From contig OZ244207.1 of assembly GCA_965216875.1 (NCBI GenBank), positions 8,200,644-8,264,643 on the forward strand: 64,000 bases of DNA. The letters run 5' to 3'. The notes under the pieces were generated by a model, which saw only the letters and a list, made by a program, of their open reading frames with translations, did not search any database and was not told the origin of the DNA. Position numbers and translations under genes: made by a program. Source of the stretch: Rubripirellula sp. Its GTDB lineage: Bacteria; Planctomycetota; Planctomycetia; Pirellulales; Pirellulaceae. This document shows positions 57,767 to 64,000 of this stretch, piece by piece (position 1 is the first letter of the stretch; each line of letters opens with the position of its first letter).

Positions 57767-59884
57767 ATGAAGTATTCCATCGCCACCCTCTTCCTGCTTG
57801 TCGTCGTTGGCGGTTTGGCCCGGGCCGAAGAGGGGATGTATCCGATCAGCGAATTGAGTGGATTGGGATTAGCCGACAAGGGCCTCAAGCTGAGTGCCGA
57901 GGAAGTCTTCAGCGCTGATCAAACCTGTCTGGTCGATGGCATCTGCAAGGTCAACGGATGCACCGGTTCGTTTGTATCGGGCCAAGGCTTGATCATTACC
58001 AACCACCACTGTGCTTATCGCGCGATTCAAAGTTCGAGTTCCACAAGCAACGACTACTTGCGCGACGGTTTTCAAGCACAGAATCTGAGTGAAGAACTGC
58101 CGGCCCAGGGATACACGGTTCGGATCACTGAGTCGTTTGAAGATGTTTCCGATCAAGTCCTGTCGGCAATCACCGACGAAATGACCTACACCGAGCGGAC
58201 CAAAGCAATTGAGCAACGCCAAAAAGAGTTGGAGAAAGCGGCCGAGCAAAAAAACGTTGGGCAGCGCGCCGAGGTTGCCGAAATGTTTGCGGGCAAGACG
58301 TACGTGCTTTTTCTTTACACCTACATCAAAGACGTGCGACTGGTCTTTGCACCACCCGCTTCGGTCGGAAACTTTGGGGGAGAAATCGACAACTGGGAGT
58401 GGCCGCGTCACACCGGCGACTTTTCCTTCATGCGAGCTTACGTGGCACCGGATGGTTCCACCGCTGAATACGCCAAAGAAAACGTGCCCTATCGCCCAAA
58501 GCGATTCATCCAGGTCGAACCCAAAGGCGTCGACGAAGGTGACTATGTGATGTTGATCGGCTACCCCGGACGCACGTCGAGGCACCGAACTGCGAGTTTT
58601 CTTGAGTACGAGCAAAAGGTTCGCTTGCCTTACGTCGTGGATCTTTACCAATGGCAGATCGAGCAGATGCGTCAAGCCGGTATAGAAGATCGAGCCATTG
58701 CACTGAAGCATTCGTCGCGCATGAAGGGACTGGCAAACGTCGAGAAACGATCACGAGGTCAACTCAAGGGATTGGTGCGAAAGAAGATCGTGGCCGCGCG
58801 AGCGGACGGCGAATCGAAACTGCAGGCCTTCATCGATTCGGACAACAAGCGACGAGAAAAATATGGCACGTTGCTGAGTGAGATCGCCGATGTTTATGCA
58901 GAGATGGAATCCAATCGACACGAATTGGATCTCCAGAATCTCCGTTCCGCGAGCCGGTTGATGTATTTCGCTTTCACGGTGTACGACTGCGCCGTCGAAC
59001 GCCAGAAAGCGGATCTGCAACGAGAAACACCCTACATGGATCGGAACATTGAACTGACGCGACGTCGGCTCATGCTTGCGGTCAAGGATTACCACGCTCC
59101 GACCGATCGCCACATCCTGGCGGGGATGCTGACGCGCGTTCGATCCGCAGGTGACAAGGTAAGTGACATCGTCGAACGCTTACCGACAGAGGAACCGCTT
59201 GATGATCTCTATGCCCGCTCATCGCTTGGCAACCCCGAGTTCATTCAGGCCTGTTTCGAGAAGAGTCCTGAGCAGCTCGAGGCGATGAAGGATCCAGCGC
59301 TCGCGATCATCATTGGGCTCTACCCGAAGTACATGGAACTGCGCGAGGAATCGAAGGCACGCGAGGGCAAGCTCGATCAACTTTACGGCAACCTCGTCAC
59401 GGTCAAGCAAGACTATTTGAAGCAGCGTTTTGTGCCCGATGCGAATGCGACGTTGCGATTGACCTACGGCCATATCAAGGGCTATTCGCCTGAGGACGCG
59501 GTCTACAAATCGCCCATCACCACCTTGGGCGGCGCGGTTGCCAAAGCGACTGGTGTCGAGCCCTTTGTGTTGCCTCAAGCGATCATCGACAAACATCAGC
59601 AGCGGGACTTCGGGCAGTTCATGCATCCCAAACTCAAGGATGTGCCGACGGCGATCCTGTACGACACCGACACCACCGGCGGAAATTCAGGCAGCCCGAT
59701 TTTGAATGGGCAGGGTCGACTCGTTGGCGTCAATTTTGATCGTGCCTTCGAGGCCACCATCAACGACTTTGCCTGGAACGAATCGTACAGCCGGTCGATT
59801 GGAGTCGATATTCGTTACGCGTTGTGGATCACCGGCAACGTCTTTGGCGCCGGCCACTTGTTGGAGGAAATGGGCGTCGAATGA
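57767..59884 (+). CDS. S46 family dipeptidyl peptidase
   Basis: Signal peptide then 'EEGMY', 'GCTGSFVS..GLIITNHHC', 'DNWEWPRHTGDF', 'TTGGNSGSP', 'NFDR'. Confidence 0.95.
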   Translation: MKYSIATLFLLVVVGGLARAEEGMYPISELSGLGLADKGLKLSAEEVFSADQTCLVDGICKVNGCTGSFVSGQGLIITNHHCAYRAIQSSSSTSNDYLRDGFQAQNLSEELPAQGYTVRITESFEDVSDQVLSAITDEMTYTERTKAIEQRQKELEKAAEQKNVGQRAEVAEMFAGKTYVLFLYTYIKDVRLVFAPPASVGNFGGEIDNWEWPRHTGDFSFMRAYVAPDGSTAEYAKENVPYRPKRFIQVEPKGVDEGDYVMLIGYPGRTSRHRTASFLEYEQKVRLPYVVDLYQWQIEQMRQAGIEDRAIALKHSSRMKGLANVEKRSRGQLKGLVRKKIVAARADGESKLQAFIDSDNKRREKYGTLLSEIADVYAEMESNRHELDLQNLRSASRLMYFAFTVYDCAVERQKADLQRETPYMDRNIELTRRRLMLAVKDYHAPTDRHILAGMLTRVRSAGDKVSDIVERLPTEEPLDDLYARSSLGNPEFIQACFEKSPEQLEAMKDPALAIIIGLYPKYMELREESKAREGKLDQLYGNLVTVKQDYLKQRFVPDANATLRLTYGHIKGYSPEDAVYKSPITTLGGAVAKATGVEPFVLPQAIIDKHQQRDFGQFMHPKLKDVPTAILYDTDTTGGNSGSPILNGQGRLVGVNFDRAFEATINDFAWNESYSRSIGVDIRYALWITGNVFGAGHLLEEMGVE

Positions 59885-59933
59885 TGCGGGATACGGCCTG
59901 TTGTGTTTTCGGTGGGCCGTCGTTTCCCGGCAT

Positions 59934-60365
59934 CTACTTGCAATCGTTGCAGCGTCCTCGCAACAAGATCTCAAAGGCGTCACCAACTTTCATGCACTCG
60001 CGAAGGCTCTCTGGTGTCAGCTCGACATTGGTTAGGCACGAGACGGCGCCACAGATGGTGCAGAGAAAATGAGGGTGGGCCCCGTTCTCTTTTTCGTCGG
60101 GACGAATCTCTTCGAAACGATAGACGTGATCACCCAGCTCGGTACGCCGAAGCAATCCGGCATCAGTTAGATCGTTCAAGTTGCGAAACGCCGTCGCTCT
60201 ATCGATGCCGTTGCGATCGAGTTGGTCCGCCACATCGGCATGAGTCAGCGGCGATGTCGCTTCACGAAGCAGCTTCAAGGTCGCGACGCGCGCTGGAGTT
60301 GCCCGTAGACCTGTCGTGCGAATGTCTTCGCGAATGGTAGAGATTGTCCCGGTAGGTATGCCCAT
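59934..60365 (-). CDS. Fur family transcriptional regulator (Zur-like by context)
   Basis: 'GLRATPARV..L', 'DRATAFRNL', 'HPHFLCTICG', terminal 'CNDC'; start moved to ATG 60365. Confidence 0.88.
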   Translation of the reverse strand: MGIPTGTISTIREDIRTTGLRATPARVATLKLLREATSPLTHADVADQLDRNGIDRATAFRNLNDLTDAGLLRRTELGDHVYRFEEIRPDEKENGAHPHFLCTICGAVSCLTNVELTPESLRECMKVGDAFEILLRGRCNDCK

Positions 60366-60429
60366 ATTTCTCTCTGGGCATGATCCAATGCCACGCCGCG
60401 ATAACAAGTGGTCGCTGAAACGTTGCGGT

Positions 60430-60948
60430 TCAGCGGACGAAAATCCCCTCGGCGTCGATCTGGATGGTATTGACTGGCTCCAAGTAGGTGGCCAGTCCTC
60501 GAACGACCACCACGTCACCCTTGGAAACACCAAGCAACTCCCGTGCGTCGACCGCCATGACGTTTCCACCATCATCCAAGATGCGAACGATCGCTTTGGG
60601 AGCGTTCTTTAATTTGCGTTTGCAGAACGGGCAATTGTCCGCGTGGTCGGGATCGTCTTTGGCGTGCGCGTCATCCGGCAGCTGCGAAATGATGAAAGAC
60701 GCCGTGCCACCTTGAAACGGTTCGTTGTCCCCAGCGTCAATGCGTCCGGCGACAGCGATCAGGGTTGGCTCGGTGATCGACTCTTTGACGTCGGTCGGTG
60801 TCTGCGGGTCAGCAGGCTCGGTTGCCAAGACGTACTTGGCTCCCGCGGCGTGCGGGCTGTCCGAATCGATCCCTGACTGCTCGGCGCTACAGCCGATGGC
60901 GACGACCCCAAGCATCGCGAGCAACCAGGCCAGCTTCTTGTTCGACAT
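60430..60948 (-). CDS. Lipoprotein with H/C-rich motif (HAKDDPDHADNCPFC)
   Basis: Lipobox 'AIGC'; candidate metal-ligand cluster; co-oriented between the His-rich lipoprotein and Fur genes. Confidence 0.7.
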   Translation of the reverse strand: MSNKKLAWLLAMLGVVAIGCSAEQSGIDSDSPHAAGAKYVLATEPADPQTPTDVKESITEPTLIAVAGRIDAGDNEPFQGGTASFIISQLPDDAHAKDDPDHADNCPFCKRKLKNAPKAIVRILDDGGNVMAVDARELLGVSKGDVVVVRGLATYLEPVNTIQIDAEGIFVR

Positions 60949-60954
60949 GAGACG

Positions 60955-61545
60955 CTATTCCTTTGAAGGTTGGGACTGTGCCGTCAGCGTGGACATTGCG
61001 GTTTCGATTTGTTCGGCAACGTCCGCGTAGTCTTTGCCCTCGTCCGCATCATGCATCTTGTCATCGACGGCTCCATAAGCTTCGAACAGCTGCTCGATCG
61101 CAGAATAGAGCTTCTTTTTGGTGGCGTCATCCATGTCCGATTCCTTCACCAGTGTTTCGGTGTTGTCGAGCAGGTGACCGACATCGTGGAGAGGGCCGTG
61201 AGCGTCATCCGGTTTGTCGTCAGCGAAGGCGTCGGCGATTGTTTTATGCATCGCGCTAAGCTCTCCGACCGCCTCGTCGTACGTCTTGGCGTGCTTGTGG
61301 TCGTCATCGTGGGCGTGTTCGTGGTGCTCCTCGCCATCGTGGTCATGCCCGTGTTCGTCGTGGTCATGCCCGTGCCCGTCGTGGTCGTGCCCGTCGTGGT
61401 CATGCCCATGTTCGCCTTCAGAGGTTTCCGATTGGGCAACCGGATCGCTACCAGCATCGTTACAGCCGGTCGTGGCGATCAAAAGAGGGGCGATCAAGAG
61501 AAGGGCGAGAGGGGCAGCAAGTGTGAGTTGAATGAACCAGCGCAT
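60955..61545 (-). CDS. His-rich lipoprotein (candidate metal-binding)
   Basis: Lipobox 'TTGC'; tract HGHDHDGHDHDGHGHDHDEHGHDHDGEEHHEHAHDDDHKH, then a helical domain with 'AHGPLHDVGH'. Confidence 0.75.
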   Translation of the reverse strand: MRWFIQLTLAAPLALLLIAPLLIATTGCNDAGSDPVAQSETSEGEHGHDHDGHDHDGHGHDHDEHGHDHDGEEHHEHAHDDDHKHAKTYDEAVGELSAMHKTIADAFADDKPDDAHGPLHDVGHLLDNTETLVKESDMDDATKKKLYSAIEQLFEAYGAVDDKMHDADEGKDYADVAEQIETAMSTLTAQSQPSKE

Positions 61546-61705
61546 TGGGACGTCGCAAATGGAAATGGAGGGTTTGGGTTTCAATTTCGATTTCTTCAGG
61601 CCGGAAAAACCTGTGAGCTCGGCTCCGGTGATGAGCCTGTTGCTCGAGTGTTCCTCGGCTGCGGAATCTTCGCAAAAGTGAAGTCTAATGCGAAACGACT
61701 GCTTT

Positions 61706-61720
61706 TGCAATTCCATTGCA
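61706..61720. promoter_or_regulatory. Candidate Fur/Zur-family operator TGCAAT-N3-ATTGCA
   Basis: Perfect 6-3-6 palindrome in the divergent intergenic region between the Fur-regulator operon and the COG0523 operon. Confidence 0.55.
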
Positions 61721-61881
61721 TTTGTTAGCTTGCCTGCTTGCCAACGGTGCGGCTTTCGAGTCGTCGGAACACCCCGGAGGGCAGAGAATTGCCTCAAACC
61801 GCACGATCACGTCCGAGCCCTTCTGGCTCCAATCATGCTTCGGTCCCCCAGCGCGGGTCACGCGCGGGCCAAGGTTGGTGC

Positions 61882-62463
61882 ATGCCGCAACCCATTCTCC
61901 GGTTCGGCCGGAGGCTGATGGAGCAGCAGGTGTGGTGCTGGGGCAGGGACGTGGAATGCTCCGAGGGCAACCTGCTGATGGAGTTTGGGTTTCAGCGGCA
62001 TCGTGATCGAGCGACCGTGGACCGTGCCACCTGCTATCGCTTGGACGAGGGCGAGCTTCATGTCGGTCTTTGGGGATTCGGCATGTTCTTTGGAAGTCGC
62101 CAGCTGGGCGGCCTCTATCTTGATCGATTCGACTTTCGTCCCGGGTGGGCTCCGATCGAATCGCTCTCACTCGCGATTCATTTCCCTGACGAGCTTCCCG
62201 TTTTTGCTCGGCCACGCGGTCAGTCGCAATGGCAGCGGGCTCGGAAGCTTTGGAAGATGGCTTTGAACTGGATTGCTGACTACGAGTCCTGGGTGCGGGC
62301 CAACCTTGGCGTTGTTTATCGCCGTCATTGCGTTGAATCTTGGCTGCGGCCGTTCGTGCGAGCAGAGAAGAACGCAGCCGCTTGGCGTTTCCTCGGTCGC
62401 CAGGGGTGGGAGCAACAAGGCCAGCCGCTCAAACAAACACTTGATCAGTACACCCTTTCTTAG
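61882..62463 (+). CDS. Hypothetical Trp-rich protein (QQVWCWGRD motif)
   Basis: Open frame ending 5 nt before the COG0523 gene; start uncertain (ATG 61882 or 61918). Confidence 0.65.
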   Translation: MPQPILRFGRRLMEQQVWCWGRDVECSEGNLLMEFGFQRHRDRATVDRATCYRLDEGELHVGLWGFGMFFGSRQLGGLYLDRFDFRPGWAPIESLSLAIHFPDELPVFARPRGQSQWQRARKLWKMALNWIADYESWVRANLGVVYRRHCVESWLRPFVRAEKNAAAWRFLGRQGWEQQGQPLKQTLDQYTLS

Positions 62464-62468
62464 AAGCA

Positions 62469-63692
62469 ATGATGAAGAAACTGCCCGTCTCTGTGCTTTC
62501 GGGATTCCTCGGCGCAGGCAAAACGACCTTGCTCAACCATGTACTCAGCAATCGCCAGGGGCTTCGTGTCGCTGTGATTGTGAACGACATGAGTGAAGTG
62601 AACATTGATGCCCAGCTCGTCGCGGGCGGCGATGCCGCGCTTAGTCGAACCGACGAGAAACTTGTCGAGATGACCAACGGCTGCATTTGCTGCACGCTAC
62701 GCGAAGACCTGCTACTGGAGGTGGCGAATTTGGCCAGGGAAGGCCGTTTCGATTACTTGCTCATCGAATCGACCGGTATCTCGGAACCGGCGCCGGTTGC
62801 CGACACCTTTACGTTTGCCATTGGCGATGACATTTCGCTTTCGGAAATCGCGGAACTTGACACGATGATTACGGTCGTGGATGCAGCAAATTTCCTTGAG
62901 GACCTGCGTGTTGGAAAGGACCTTCACAGCGTTGGTCAGGCGGCAGGCGAAGACGACCCGCGAACGGTTGCCGACTTGTTGACCGAGCAAGTTGAATTCG
63001 CAAATGTGATTGTTCTCAACAAAACCGATCTGGTCGACGACGAGGACTTGGGGGCGATCGAAGCGTTCATCGAACAACTCAACCCTCACGCGCTCAAGCT
63101 GCGATCGTCCTTTGGTCAGGTTGATCCCGCGAAGGTCATGGGCACGGGGCGATTCGATTTTGAGATCGCGAAGCAAAGCAAGGGATGGCAGTTGACACTT
63201 CGCGGCGATGGGGCAAGTGAAGTTGAAGAGTACGGTGTCAACAGTTTCGTGTATCGAGCGAGACGCCCGTTCCACCCGCAACGATTCTACGATCGGCTGA
63301 GTCAGGATTGGAACGGCGTGTTGCGGAGCAAGGGGTTCTTTTGGCTGGCAAGCCGCCTCGACAAAATCGGTGTTTGGTCTCAAGCCGGACGCGTCGCCCG
63401 GCTCGACTTTGGCGGATTCTGGTGGGCGGCCATTCCGAAAATGCACTGGCCCGAAGTCGATGCCTTTCGAGCCGAAATCGAGCGGCGATGGAACGATGAG
63501 GTGGGTGATTGTCGTCAGGAGCTGGTTTTCATCGGGATCGGAATGGACGAGATCGAACTCTACGACTCGCTGCAAGACTGCTTGCTGACGGACGAAGAAA
63601 TGGCGTTGGGAATCGAGGCTTGGAAAGAGCTGGACGATCCTTTCCCGCAGTGGAACGTCAGCATCGAAGACGTCCTCGCAGCGCAAGTGTGA
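62469..63692 (+). CDS. zigA: COG0523 (CobW-family) zinc metallochaperone GTPase, ZigA/YciC-like
   Basis: '[10 protein letters not shown]', 'NDMSE', 'GCICC', 'ESTGISEP', 'NKTD', CobW_C 'RPFHP.R...RSKGFFW...RQELVFIG'. Confidence 0.88.
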   Translation: MMKKLPVSVLSGFLGAGKTTLLNHVLSNRQGLRVAVIVNDMSEVNIDAQLVAGGDAALSRTDEKLVEMTNGCICCTLREDLLLEVANLAREGRFDYLLIESTGISEPAPVADTFTFAIGDDISLSEIAELDTMITVVDAANFLEDLRVGKDLHSVGQAAGEDDPRTVADLLTEQVEFANVIVLNKTDLVDDEDLGAIEAFIEQLNPHALKLRSSFGQVDPAKVMGTGRFDFEIAKQSKGWQLTLRGDGASEVEEYGVNSFVYRARRPFHPQRFYDRLSQDWNGVLRSKGFFWLASRLDKIGVWSQAGRVARLDFGGFWWAAIPKMHWPEVDAFRAEIERRWNDEVGDCRQELVFIGIGMDEIELYDSLQDCLLTDEEMALGIEAWKELDDPFPQWNVSIEDVLAAQV

Positions 63693-64000
63693 ATCGATGC
63701 GTTGGGAGGGCGACGCTCCCGCGGAGCCGGATGGTCGGCTGTTGAGCAGTCGGGCATCGCCGAATGACCGATTTCGGCTCGTTGCTGGCGGCGGAGTGTC
63801 GCATCGGAGGCGTCGAAAAGTACCAGCGTGAAATGCGCGAATTCCCGATGAATGCCGTGGTTTTTCTGTTTCTTCGCCGCTGTCATTCCCAGGGGCGCGT
63901 CGGCAAAACGTACAAAAACGTGCTTGGGGCGTACAATAACTCTCGGGCCTGGTGGACGACAATCAGAAGGTGGATTCCAAGATCCTCTGATTCCCAACAC

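Noticed and set aside
62712..63962. 416-aa minus-strand ORF
   Set aside because: Antisense shadow of the COG0523 gene.

Overview
Chromosomal window from a GC-rich planctomycete, probably Pirellulaceae. The assignment rests on DUF1501, DUF1559, 'E.LE.R.LLA' extracellular N-termini with C-terminal dockerin-like repeats, and a sulfatase. It opens with the 3' end of nusG and rplK; rplA does not follow, and a SAM methyltransferase sits there instead. Other content: housekeeping genes (rnc, trxA, aroK, Nudix), hydrolases, a hybrid histidine kinase and two ~1700-aa secreted proteins. The most interesting locus is a four-gene overlapping operon at 26210-29226. It encodes a degenerate nucleotidyltransferase-fold protein, a zinc-ribbon membrane protein ending in an 8-Cys Ser/Gly tail, a DUF692/MNIO enzyme and a small partner protein, which suggests RiPP-type modification of a membrane protein's tail. 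Also notable are a divergent Fur/Zur + His-rich lipoprotein / COG0523 locus with a palindromic operator, an HSP90-TPR gene pair, an orphan ATP-grasp ligase, and about eight unrelated REP/REPIN-like repeat families that cluster at gene 3' ends and form composite tandem arrays. I found no rRNA, tRNA, CRISPR array or transposase. All family assignments come from reading motifs by eye, not from database searches. Several starts were moved to a downstream ATG/GTG relative to the ORF track.
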